Shown here piece by piece: positions 19,433 through 28,309 of a stretch of 64,000 bases of DNA. The first letter of the stretch is position 1. Every line of letters starts with the position of its first letter. The translations under genes were made by a program, and so were the position numbers. The stretch is from Chloroflexota bacterium. GTDB taxonomy: Bacteria > Chloroflexota > Limnocylindria > P2-11E. The notes under the pieces are model-generated. The model did not search any database. It saw only the letters and a program-made list of their open reading frames with translations, and was not told the DNA's origin. The stretch spans positions 440 through 64,439 of the forward strand of contig VBFY01000068.1 of the NCBI GenBank assembly GCA_005889405.1. Direction: 5' to 3'.

Positions 19433-20116
19433 ATGTCGGAGGAGATGGCTGACCTGGAGATCGCCGGATACATGTTCCGCGACGCGGAGCTACTCGCGAC
19501 CGCGCTGACCCACAGCTCCTATCTGCACGAGCACGTCGGGAAAGGCGTTCGCGATTTCGAGCGGCTCGAGTTCCTCGGTGACGCGGTCGTCGATCTCGTG
19601 ATCGGCGAAGAGCTATATCGCCGGTTTCCCGATGCGACCGAGGGCGAGCTGACCTCGCTCCGCGCGACGCTCGTGTCGTCGACCGCGCTCGCCGAGATCG
19701 GTCGCCAGCTCGGTCTGCCGGAGCGCGCGCGTCTCGGCCGCGGCGAAGAGGAGACCGGTGGACGCACGCGGATGGGTCTCGCCGCGAGTCTCTACGAATC
19801 GTTCGTCGGCGCGGTCTATCACGAGGCAGGCTTCGATCGAGCGAAGAACATCGTGCTCGAGACCATGGGCGACGTACTGGACGACATCGAGCACGCGCCG
19901 ATGAAGTCCGCAAAGCAGCTCTTACAGGAGTGGGCGCAGGGCGAGAAGCTGCCCCTCCCCGTGTATCGGATGCTCGAGGTCAGCGGTCCCGAACATCACC
20001 GCGGCTTCGAGGTCGAGGTCGAGGTCGGCGGGAACGTCGCGCGCGGGACCGGTACGTCGAAGCGCGAGGCGCAGGAAGCCGCGGCAGCGAGACTCCTCGA
20101 GCTGGTGACGAAGTGA
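19433..20116 (+). CDS. rnc: Ribonuclease III
   Basis: ALTHSS, ERLEFLGDAV, YESFVGAVY, C-terminal dsRBD (G.G.SKREAQEAAA). Confidence 0.96.
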   Translation: MSEEMADLEIAGYMFRDAELLATALTHSSYLHEHVGKGVRDFERLEFLGDAVVDLVIGEELYRRFPDATEGELTSLRATLVSSTALAEIGRQLGLPERARLGRGEEETGGRTRMGLAASLYESFVGAVYHEAGFDRAKNIVLETMGDVLDDIEHAPMKSAKQLLQEWAQGEKLPLPVYRMLEVSGPEHHRGFEVEVEVGGNVARGTGTSKREAQEAAAARLLELVTK

Positions 20117-23100
20117 GTGACGAGCTGAAAGTGATCGACGGCGGCGGCGCTCAAGCCCAAGCCGTTCTTAAGAGCTTGGACCTCGTGGGATTCAAGAGCT
20201 TCGTACACAAGACGCATCTCGAATTCGCGCCAGGAATTACCGCGATCATCGGGCCAAACGGTTCAGGCAAGACAAACCTTGTCGATGCGATCCGTTGGGC
20301 GCTCGGTGAGAACAACGCGCGCATCATGCGGGCAAAACGAAACGACGAATTGATCTTCGGCGGCTCGGAAACGCGGAAGAGCCTTGGCATGGCCGAGGTG
20401 CTGTTGCAGCTCGACAACTCGTCGCGACGACTACCGATCGAATACACAGAGATCGAAGTCGGTCGCCGTATGTTCAAGGACGGGGACGCCGAGTATCTGA
20501 TCAATCGCGCCCGCGTTCGGCTGCGTGATCTCCAGGACCTCCTCGCTGGCGCAAATCTCGCCGACAACCCATTCGTCGTGATCGGTCAGGGGCTTACCGA
20601 TCAGATACTCGCGTTGCGCCCAGCGGACAGACGGTCCGTGATCGAAGACGCCGCCGGCACGCGGCGTCTGCAAATGCGACGCGAAGAAGCCCTCACACGC
20701 CTGAAACACGCCGATGCCGAGATCGTGCGCGTGATTGACATCCTTCGCGAGATCGGGCCCCGCGTGGAGCTGCTCCGTGAGCAAACGGCGAAGTGGAACG
20801 AGTACGAGCATGTTCGCGCAGAGCTACGTCGACGTGCGCTCCGCTGGTATCGCGCGTCGTTCGGGTCGACCGCGACCACGCGCGCCGACCTCGCAGCGAA
20901 GATCGTCGGCGTCGATCGGGAGATCGAACGCCTCGTCGACTACGTCACCGAGGGCGAAACGGTCACCGCCGGCAGCGACGAGGAGCTGGGGGCCGCGCGC
21001 CAAGAAGAGGAGCGGCGGCGCATGGCGGCCGCCGATGCTACGAGCACCGAATCAGGGATACGCGAGCGTGTCGCAGCGCTGCAGGCCAGCCTCGACGCGA
21101 TCGCGGCCGAGCGCGATCGCACCCGCGCGTCGCTCGCGGCACTTCCCGCGCAGCTCTCCTCGCTCCGCGAGCAGCGGCAGAAGGTCGACGACGAGGCCGT
21201 GACCGCCGCACGTCGCGCACGCGACTCCGCCGACGCCGCGCGTACCGCGGAAGTCGAAGCGTCGGGCACGCGTATCGCGCTCGCGGAGGCGCGCGCCGCA
21301 CGCGTCGAAGCCGAGCGCGCGCACCTCCTCCGCGAGAACGACGAGATCCGCCTCGCTGATGAAGAGCGCTCGCTGCTGGCGCGCGACGAGGAGCTCGCGC
21401 GCGGCGCCGCGCAGCTCGGGACCGAGCGGGCACAGCGGGAGCGCGAGCGCGCGCGCATCGCGGTCGACCTCGATAAGGCGAGGGAGAAGGTGAGCGGAAT
21501 GGCTCGCGCAGTCGAGTCCGCGTCGGCGCGCGCGGCCGCGTCGCGCAACGAGCTGCAGCGGATCGACGGCGACATCTCGCTCGTGAAGGGTCAGGCGACC
21601 GCGCTGCGCGAGGCGGCCGAACGCGCGGAAGGCGAGCTTGCCGCGCGCGATGCGGGCGTGGCACGTCCGAAGCTGCCCTCCGGCTTCACCTGGCTTCACG
21701 AGAAGCTGACGGTCCCAGAGGCGGTCGCCGCTGCGCTCGGCGACGTCGCCATGACGGCAACGAAGCTGGCTGGGGATGCGCCGCGTGGCTGCCGGCGGCT
21801 CGCAACCGACGTCGCGATCTTCATCGCCGAGGACGATGCGGCAGCCATCGGGGCAGCCGCGACGCTGCGCGCAGGCGTCGTCGTGGCGCCAAGCGGTCTC
21901 CTCGTTCTGCCCGGCCTGGTGCGTTTCGCGGATCCCCACCGGAAGGCCGAACAAGAGGCACGAGCTCAGCTACGCGGGATGGCGTCTCGTCTCCGCGAGG
22001 AGCTCGGCGGAGCGGAACGCGCCCTCGCGCAGCTGCAGCAGGAGCGCACGAACGCCGAGACGCGCACCGCGGAGCTCGACGAACGTCTCGAGGCCGCGCA
22101 GCGATCGCGCGGCGACGCCGAGCGCTCGGTCGACGAGCTCGCGTCGACGGATGCGGATGTCCGTGACCTCGTCCGCGTCGCCGATGCGCGCGCGACGTCG
22201 ATCGAGCGCGAGCGGAACGAGATCCTGGAGCGCCGCGACAAGCTCGCTACGGAGCGCACGGACGCCGCTGGCATCCGAGCGAAAGCCGGCGCTGCGTTCG
22301 CCGAGGCCGAACGTGGCGAGCAGTCCGCGTCTGATGCGCACGGCGCTTCGACGCAGCGCGCAGAGGCTGCGCGGCTCGACGCGGCGACGAGCGAGGAACG
22401 GCGGAGCTCGTCGGTCCGCCTGCGTGACACGCTTGATGAGCAGGTCGGAGCGGCGGAGCGGCGCATCGCTGCCGACGAGGACCGCCTGCGCGCGCTCGCC
22501 GCGCAGGAACGCGACGCGAAGACGAGGCTCGACTCGTCGCAGGGTGATCTCGGGAAGGCCGCGGCCGATGCGCGTGAGGCCGAGCGTTCGGCGGAGTTGG
22601 CGCGGCAACGCGCGCTCGCGGCCGAGGGTTCACGGCGCGAGTCGGAGCAGCGCCTGGCCAAGGCGCGCGAGCGTCTGGCCGAGCTGCGCGGCGAGCGCGG
22701 GAAGCTCGCCGTCGAGGAAGAGCGCGCCTCTGGCGCCCTGCGTCTGCTCGAGGAGCAGGTGCGCGCCGAGCTCGGCCTCCCCGATGACGAGCCGCTGCCC
22801 GATCCGGAGACGATCGCGATCGAAGACGACGGTGATGAAAAGGAGAAGGGCAGCACGCTCGCCGCGCTCCAGCGTCTGCGTCGCCGCCTCATCGCTCTCG
22901 AGCCGGTCAATCCGCTCGCGGCGACGGAGCTCGCCGACATCGGTCAGCGCTACGAGTTCCTGTCCACGCAGCGCGCCGATCTCGAGAAGGCGATGACCGA
23001 CCTGCGCTCGCTCGCGGACGATCTCGCCGCGACGATCGCGGAGCAGTTCGCGACGACGCTGATGGCGGTCGACCGCGAGTTCGGTGTCTTCTTCCAGCGC

Positions 23101-23514
23101 CTCTTCAACGGCGGGCAGGCGTCGCTCCGCACCTCGGATGACCCCGAGGACCCCGGCATCGAGATCTACGCGCGTCCGCCCGGAAAGCGCATCGGCAGCC
23201 TGGCGCAGCTATCCGGCGGCGAGCGCGCCCTCACCGCCACCGCGCTCCTGCTCGCGATCCTGCGCGTCAAGCCGGCGCCTTTCTGCGTCCTCGACGAGGT
23301 CGACGCCGCACTCGATGAACGGAACGTCGGCCGCTTCACGCAGGCGCTGCGCGAGCTCACCGACCGCACACAGTTCGTCGTGATCACGCACAACCGCGGC
23401 ACGATCGAGGCCGCCGACATGCTGTACGGGGTCTCGATGGATGACGGCGGCGTTTCGAAGGTGATCTCGCTGAAGCTCTCGGAGCTGGACGAGCAGCGCG
23501 AGCGCGCGGGCTAG
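20113..23514 (+). CDS. smc: Chromosome segregation protein SMC
   Basis: LVGFKSF, GPNGSGKTN, long coiled coils, LSGGE, CVLDEVDAALD, ITHN; GTGA overlap with rnc. Confidence 0.93.
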   Translation: MSDELKVIDGGGAQAQAVLKSLDLVGFKSFVHKTHLEFAPGITAIIGPNGSGKTNLVDAIRWALGENNARIMRAKRNDELIFGGSETRKSLGMAEVLLQLDNSSRRLPIEYTEIEVGRRMFKDGDAEYLINRARVRLRDLQDLLAGANLADNPFVVIGQGLTDQILALRPADRRSVIEDAAGTRRLQMRREEALTRLKHADAEIVRVIDILREIGPRVELLREQTAKWNEYEHVRAELRRRALRWYRASFGSTATTRADLAAKIVGVDREIERLVDYVTEGETVTAGSDEELGAARQEEERRRMAAADATSTESGIRERVAALQASLDAIAAERDRTRASLAALPAQLSSLREQRQKVDDEAVTAARRARDSADAARTAEVEASGTRIALAEARAARVEAERAHLLRENDEIRLADEERSLLARDEELARGAAQLGTERAQRERERARIAVDLDKAREKVSGMARAVESASARAAASRNELQRIDGDISLVKGQATALREAAERAEGELAARDAGVARPKLPSGFTWLHEKLTVPEAVAAALGDVAMTATKLAGDAPRGCRRLATDVAIFIAEDDAAAIGAAATLRAGVVVAPSGLLVLPGLVRFADPHRKAEQEARAQLRGMASRLREELGGAERALAQLQQERTNAETRTAELDERLEAAQRSRGDAERSVDELASTDADVRDLVRVADARATSIERERNEILERRDKLATERTDAAGIRAKAGAAFAEAERGEQSASDAHGASTQRAEAARLDAATSEERRSSSVRLRDTLDEQVGAAERRIAADEDRLRALAAQERDAKTRLDSSQGDLGKAAADAREAERSAELARQRALAAEGSRRESEQRLAKARERLAELRGERGKLAVEEERASGALRLLEEQVRAELGLPDDEPLPDPETIAIEDDGDEKEKGSTLAALQRLRRRLIALEPVNPLAATELADIGQRYEFLSTQRADLEKAMTDLRSLADDLAATIAEQFATTLMAVDREFGVFFQRLFNGGQASLRTSDDPEDPGIEIYARPPGKRIGSLAQLSGGERALTATALLLAILRVKPAPFCVLDEVDAALDERNVGRFTQALRELTDRTQFVVITHNRGTIEAADMLYGVSMDDGGVSKVISLKLSELDEQRERAG

Positions 23515-23516
23515 CC

Positions 23517-23891
23517 GTGACCTGGCGTCGCACCGCGCTCGCCGCGGGCTGGATCGCGACCGCGGGCTGGGGGATCTACTACCTTATCGCGCTCGCGGGC
23601 AGCTCGCCCACGTTCGTCGCGAACGCGGTGCTCCATTTCATCATCGGGTACATCTGGGCGCGCGCGATCATGGCCCCGCAGCTGTCGGCACCGCTCGCGA
23701 TCGCGGGGACCGTCGCGGCCGGTGTCTACACGCGTCTCGCGGCCGGCTTCGGCACGACCGAGTTCCTCTTCACGCCTCTGGGTCCGATCGTCGCGGTCGC
23801 GCTCGCCGATGCATCGACCGCGCGCAACATCACGTCGTCGGCCCTCGCGTTCGTCGCTGGACTGCTCGCGTTCCTCTGGCTCGCGCCGTAG
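23517..23891 (+). CDS. Hypothetical membrane protein (about 4-5 TM, 124 aa)
   Basis: Hydrophobic ORF exactly filling the smc-ftsY gap. Confidence 0.65.
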   Translation: MTWRRTALAAGWIATAGWGIYYLIALAGSSPTFVANAVLHFIIGYIWARAIMAPQLSAPLAIAGTVAAGVYTRLAAGFGTTEFLFTPLGPIVAVALADASTARNITSSALAFVAGLLAFLWLAP

Positions 23892-23895
23892 CGCC

Positions 23896-24801
23896 GTGAG
23901 CCTCGAGCAGGGCCTCGCGAAGACGCGCGGCGGTTTCCTCTCGCGACTTTTCGGCCGCAAGCAGGAGGAGCCGCTCACGCCCGAGTTCCTGGACGAGCTC
24001 GAGGAGGGTCTCCTTCGCGCCGATGTCTCCGTGTCGCTCGTCGACCCGCTCATGGCGCAGGTCCGCGATCTCGCGGCGACCGGCGAGCTGAAGACGGTCC
24101 CGAAGGCGCTCGACGCCGTTCGCGAGGTGCTCGTTGCGGAGCTGTCGGGCAAAGACAGCGCGCTGCGCGCTTCAGAGGGACGGCCGCGCGTCGTGCTCGT
24201 CGTTGGTGTGAATGGCAGCGGCAAGACGACGACAGCCGCGAAGCTTGCGAAGCGGCTGAAAGATGCGGGCGAGACTCCGCTCCTCGCGGCGGCGGACACG
24301 TTCCGCGCCGCGGCGACGGCGCAGCTCGAGACGTGGGCTTCTCGTGTCGACGTGCCGATCGTGTCGGGTCGGCCGGACGGCGATGCCGCCGCGGTCGTCT
24401 TTGACGCGATCAACGCCGCGGCGGCGCGCGGAAACAGCATCGTGATCGCCGACACCGCGGGCCGCCTTCACACCAAGGGTCACCTGATGGACGAGCTCGG
24501 CAAGATCGTCCGCGTCGCGGGCCGCGCGCGGGACGGCGCGCCCGACGAGGTCCTCCTCGTGCTTGATGGGACAGCGGGTCAGAACGCGATACAGCAGGCT
24601 CGCCAGTTCATGAAGGATGCAAGCGTCACCGGCCTCGTCGTCACGAAGCTGGATGGGACCGCGAAGGGCGGCGCCGTGTTCGCGATCGTCCACGAGCTCG
24701 GCCTGCCGGTGAAGTTCCTCGGCGTCGGTGAGAAGGCCGAGGACCTCGTCCCGATGGACCCGCGCGCGTTCGTCGACGCACTGCTCCCGCGCGCGGCTTA
24801 G
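23896..24801 (+). CDS. ftsY: SRP receptor GTPase
   Basis: GVNGSGKTTT, DTFRAAA, DTAGRLH, TKLDGTAKGG, GVGE..EDL. Confidence 0.95.
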   Translation: MSLEQGLAKTRGGFLSRLFGRKQEEPLTPEFLDELEEGLLRADVSVSLVDPLMAQVRDLAATGELKTVPKALDAVREVLVAELSGKDSALRASEGRPRVVLVVGVNGSGKTTTAAKLAKRLKDAGETPLLAAADTFRAAATAQLETWASRVDVPIVSGRPDGDAAAVVFDAINAAAARGNSIVIADTAGRLHTKGHLMDELGKIVRVAGRARDGAPDEVLLVLDGTAGQNAIQQARQFMKDASVTGLVVTKLDGTAKGGAVFAIVHELGLPVKFLGVGEKAEDLVPMDPRAFVDALLPRAA

Positions 24802-24813
24802 CCTTAACACACG

Positions 24814-25584
24814 ATGGCCATCGTTCGTCTCCGTCCCGAGGAGCTGAAGCGCGCGCTCGACGAGGGCGCGCTCTCGCTGCAATTCCAACCGCAGGTGCAT
24901 GTTCCGAGCGGCAAGCTCGTCGGCATCGAAGCGTTCGCGCGCTGGCCGCATCCCGCGCACGGAATGATCGGACCGAGCGACATCGTGCCACTCCTCGATC
25001 AAGGCTCGCTGCACGTCGAGTTCGATCGCTGGGTGCTGCGCGCGCTCTGCGCGCAGGTGCTCGCGTGGCGTGGCGAGGGTGTGAGTGTGCCGCTGGTCGC
25101 CGCGAACGTCTGGACGCACACGCTCCAGCGACCGGACGTTGCGGAGATGGTCCGCGACGTCATCGCGTCGAGCGGCATCGCTCCGGGCGATGTCGAGATC
25201 GAGTGCCCGCGCGGTAGCGTGCGCGACCCGCTCCTCGCCGAACCGGTGCAGCGCATTCGCGCCCTCGGGGTCCGGATCGCCTCCGAGGAGTTCGGCGACC
25301 CGGCCATCGCCGACGCGGCCTCAGGCTTCGACACGCTGAAGATCGGCTATCCGCTCGCGCGCGACCTGACGCTGCTCGGCAGCGAGAGCCTCGAGGCGGT
25401 GCAGGCGATCGTCGAAGCCGCGCGCGTCACGGGCGCGCGGGTGGTCGCCGACAATGTCGAGACGAAGGACCAGGAGGACCTCCTCGTGCAGTTCGGCTGC
25501 GAGATCGTGCAGGGTCGCCTGTACGGACCCGAGGTCGCGCCGGATGAGCTGAAGACCCTGCTCGCGTCGTCGATCACCCACTGA
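24814..25584 (+). CDS. Stand-alone EAL-domain protein with degenerate catalytic motifs
   Basis: FQPQV, GIEAFARW.HP..G.I.P, AANV, EEFG, LKIG, ADNVET, GCEIVQG. Confidence 0.85.
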   Translation: MAIVRLRPEELKRALDEGALSLQFQPQVHVPSGKLVGIEAFARWPHPAHGMIGPSDIVPLLDQGSLHVEFDRWVLRALCAQVLAWRGEGVSVPLVAANVWTHTLQRPDVAEMVRDVIASSGIAPGDVEIECPRGSVRDPLLAEPVQRIRALGVRIASEEFGDPAIADAASGFDTLKIGYPLARDLTLLGSESLEAVQAIVEAARVTGARVVADNVETKDQEDLLVQFGCEIVQGRLYGPEVAPDELKTLLASSITH

Positions 25585-25607
25585 CCCACGCCGTAACCTA
25601 GGAAGCG

Positions 25608-26948
25608 ATGTTCGAGCAGCTCTCCGACAAGCTGAACACGACGTTCGAGCGCCTCCGCGGTCGCGCACGCGTGAACGAAGCCGATCTCGAGGAGGCGCTG
25701 CGCGACGTGCGCGTCGCCCTTCTTGAGGCGGACGTGAACTTCAAGGTCGTCCGCCAGCTCGTGGCGACCGTGCGCGAGCGCGCGCTCGGCGAGAAAGTCA
25801 TCGAGTCGATCACCGGGGCGCAGCAGGTCGTGAAGATCGTGCACGACGCGCTGGTCGAGATGCTCGGCGGCGAGGCCGTGCCGCTCGTCCGGGCGGAGCG
25901 CCCCCCAACGGTGCTGCTCCTCGTCGGCCTCCAGGGCTCGGGCAAAACGACGACCGCCGCGAAGCTCGCGAACATCCTCCGCAAGCAGGGCCGCCGACCG
26001 GTGCTCGTCGCGGCCGACGTCCATCGCCCCGCCGCGATCGAACAGCTGCGCACCCTCGGTAAACAGCTGGGCATCGGGGTGATCGCCGTCGAGGCCGGCC
26101 GCGTCGCGGATGACGTGGCGGCCGCGGTGGCGACCGCGCAGCGCGACGGCGCCGACACGGTGATCGTCGACAGCGCCGGCCGGCTGCACATCGACGACGA
26201 GATGATGCGCGAGGTCGAAGCGATCGTGGCGACCGCCAAGCCGCACGAGGTCCTGCTCGTCGTCGACGCGATGACCGGACAGGACGCGGCCCTCGCGGCG
26301 ACCGCGTTCAAGGCGCGCCTGCCGGTCAGCGGGCTCGTCCTCACGAAGGTGGACAGCGACGCCCGCGGTGGCGCGAGCCTCTCGATCCGCGCCGCGACCG
26401 GCGTGCCCGTGAAGTTCCTCGGCGTGGGGGAGAAGCTCGACGCGCTCGAGGTCTTCCATCCCGATCGCCTCGCGCAGCGCATTCTCGGCATGGGCGACAT
26501 CCTCACCCTCGTCGAGCGCGCGCAGGAGACCGTCGATCGCAAGACCGCCGAAGAGCAGGCCAAGAAGATCATGGAGGCGCGCTTCACCTTCGAGGACTTC
26601 TACGCGCAGCTCCAGCAGCTCAAGAAGATGGGGCCGCTCGGAGACTTGTTGAAGATGATCCCCGGCATGGGCGGTCTCGCAAAGCAGCTGCCCGAGGGTC
26701 CGGAGGCCGAGCGCGAGCTGAGGCGCATCGAGGCAATCATCTCGTCGATGACGAAGGCCGAGCGCGCCGAGCCGACGCTGATCAATGGATCGCGACGCAG
26801 GCGCATCGCGGCGGGCTCGGGGACAAAGGTGTCGGACGTGAACCAGCTGCTCAAGCAGTTCGCGGAAATGCAGAAGGTCATGAAGCAGATGGGCGCGCTC
26901 GCGAAGGGCGGTCGCCTCCCGAAGATCCCGGGGATGCCCGGGCGTTGA
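25608..26948 (+). CDS. ffh: Signal recognition particle protein
   Basis: MFEQLSDKL, EADVNFKVV, GLQGSGKTT, DSAGRL, RILGMGD, M-domain GSRRRRIAAGSG. Confidence 0.96.
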   Translation: MFEQLSDKLNTTFERLRGRARVNEADLEEALRDVRVALLEADVNFKVVRQLVATVRERALGEKVIESITGAQQVVKIVHDALVEMLGGEAVPLVRAERPPTVLLLVGLQGSGKTTTAAKLANILRKQGRRPVLVAADVHRPAAIEQLRTLGKQLGIGVIAVEAGRVADDVAAAVATAQRDGADTVIVDSAGRLHIDDEMMREVEAIVATAKPHEVLLVVDAMTGQDAALAATAFKARLPVSGLVLTKVDSDARGGASLSIRAATGVPVKFLGVGEKLDALEVFHPDRLAQRILGMGDILTLVERAQETVDRKTAEEQAKKIMEARFTFEDFYAQLQQLKKMGPLGDLLKMIPGMGGLAKQLPEGPEAERELRRIEAIISSMTKAERAEPTLINGSRRRRIAAGSGTKVSDVNQLLKQFAEMQKVMKQMGALAKGGRLPKIPGMPGR

Positions 26949-27015
26949 TCGGGCGGCCCTCGCTGCCCTCATCTGCTTGGCGTGTGGCTGCGCCCACGCG
27001 CAGTACTCTGGTTCC

Positions 27016-27207
27016 ATGGCAGAGGAAACGAGCATCTTCTTCGCGAAGGACGACATCATCATCGTCGAGGAAACGCTCGCGAGCGTCGCGGAGAAGCTCG
27101 CCGCGGGTGGCTTCGTTCGATTCGAGCGGGCCGGCGAGGCAGTGATGGTCAACGCGGCCGCGGTGCGCTACCTGCGGACCCTGCGGCAGGCCCAGGGCGG
27201 TCGCTAG
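27016..27207 (+). CDS. Small hypothetical protein, 63 aa
   Basis: ATG 6 nt after TACTCT; host-like codon usage; MAEETSIFFAKDDIIIVEETLASVAEKL...VMVNAAAVRYL. Confidence 0.7.
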   Translation: MAEETSIFFAKDDIIIVEETLASVAEKLAAGGFVRFERAGEAVMVNAAAVRYLRTLRQAQGGR

Positions 27208-27286
27208 ACCGGACAACGTTCTTCCCCGTACACTGGACCTTCGCACGCGCTCCATTCGCTCATTTTTCGGGAGGACATTCGACAGA

Positions 27287-27556
27287 TTGGCTGTGCACAT
27301 TCGCCTGCGCCGTGTCGGTAAGACCAAGGCCCCGACCTATCGGGTGGTGATCGCCGACTCCCGCGCTCCGCGTAACGGGAAGTTCATCGAGTCGATCGGC
27401 CACTACGACCCGCTGCGCGAGCCGGTCGAGCTCGTCATCGACCCCGATCGCGCCCGCCACTGGATCAAGAACGGCGCGCGCCCCACGGCGACCGCGCGCT
27501 CGCTCCTCGTGAGGAGCGGCCTCTCCGACAGCGAGGTCCCGCCGACCGTCCGTTGA
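27287..27556 (+). CDS. rpsP: 30S ribosomal protein S16
   Basis: IRLRRVGK.K.P.YRVVIADSRAPRNGKFIE.IG.YDP; GGAGGA upstream of the TTG. Confidence 0.96.
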   Translation: MAVHIRLRRVGKTKAPTYRVVIADSRAPRNGKFIESIGHYDPLREPVELVIDPDRARHWIKNGARPTATARSLLVRSGLSDSEVPPTVR

Positions 27557-27585
27557 ACGGTCCTGCGGCACCGGAGGCGTCACGC

Positions 27586-27813
27586 ATGCGCACGCTCCTC
27601 GAGCACGTCGCGAAGCAGCTCGTGGAGGATCCAAGCGCCGTCGTCGTCACCGAGGAGCTCGACGGCGATTTCATCAAGCTCCACCTTCAGGTCGGCGAAG
27701 CGGACGTCGGGAAGGTCATCGGCCGCGGCGGTCGCATCGCCAAGGCCATCCGCGCGCTGCTGAAAGTGATGGCGACGCGCGATGGGACCAAGGTCAACCT
27801 CGAGATCGATTAG
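27586..27813 (+). CDS. khpA: KH-domain RNA-binding protein
   Basis: LV...D.GKVIGRGGRIAKAIR; GGAGG SD; conserved position between rpsP and rimM. Confidence 0.92.
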   Translation: MRTLLEHVAKQLVEDPSAVVVTEELDGDFIKLHLQVGEADVGKVIGRGGRIAKAIRALLKVMATRDGTKVNLEID

Positions 27814-28309
27814 CGACGAGGCTCTCGTCGTCGGTCTCATCCTCGGCCCGCACGGCGTACGCGGCGAGGTCCGCATCGATCCTCGTACCGATGTCCCCGA
27901 CCGTTTTCGCGCCGGAGCCGTTCTCGAGTGCGACGACGTGGGTCCGCTCACGGTCGCGGGTGTGCGTGGTGAGGCCGCGAAACCGATCGTGCGCTTCGCA
28001 GGCTACGACACGCGCGAGGCCGCCGAGTCACTCCGCCGACGCTTCCTGCGAGTGGCGCGTGACGAGTCGCGCCGCGCCACGGCTGGCGCGTATCTGTGGG
28101 CGGACCTCCTCGGCGCGCGGGTCGAGACTCCTGAGGGCGCCTGGCTCGGGATCGTCCGCGAGCTCGTGCGCGCGGGCGAGAACGACGTCCTCGTGATCGC
28201 GGATGCCTCGGGACGCGAGCGTCTTCTCCCGATGCTCGAGTCGGTCGTGAAGGTGGTCGACGTCGCCGCGGGTCGGATCGTCGCGGTGCCTCAGGAGGAG
28301 GCCGGATGA
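27809..28309 (+). CDS. rimM: Ribosome maturation factor (ATT start proposed; alternative ATG 27782)
   Basis: [36 protein letters not shown]. Confidence 0.9.
   Translation: MSDEALVVGLILGPHGVRGEVRIDPRTDVPDRFRAGAVLECDDVGPLTVAGVRGEAAKPIVRFAGYDTREAAESLRRRFLRVARDESRRATAGAYLWADLLGARVETPEGAWLGIVRELVRAGENDVLVIADASGRERLLPMLESVVKVVDVAAGRIVAVPQEEAG

Noticed and set aside
19930-20112. Long N-terminal extensions given by the ORF track (smc 19930, DAK2 8196, GerMN 18807, phnE 52659, dprA 36545, ftsY 23722, yraN 32801, PD40 49029)
   Set aside because: They overlap upstream genes; homology and stop/start coupling point to later starts
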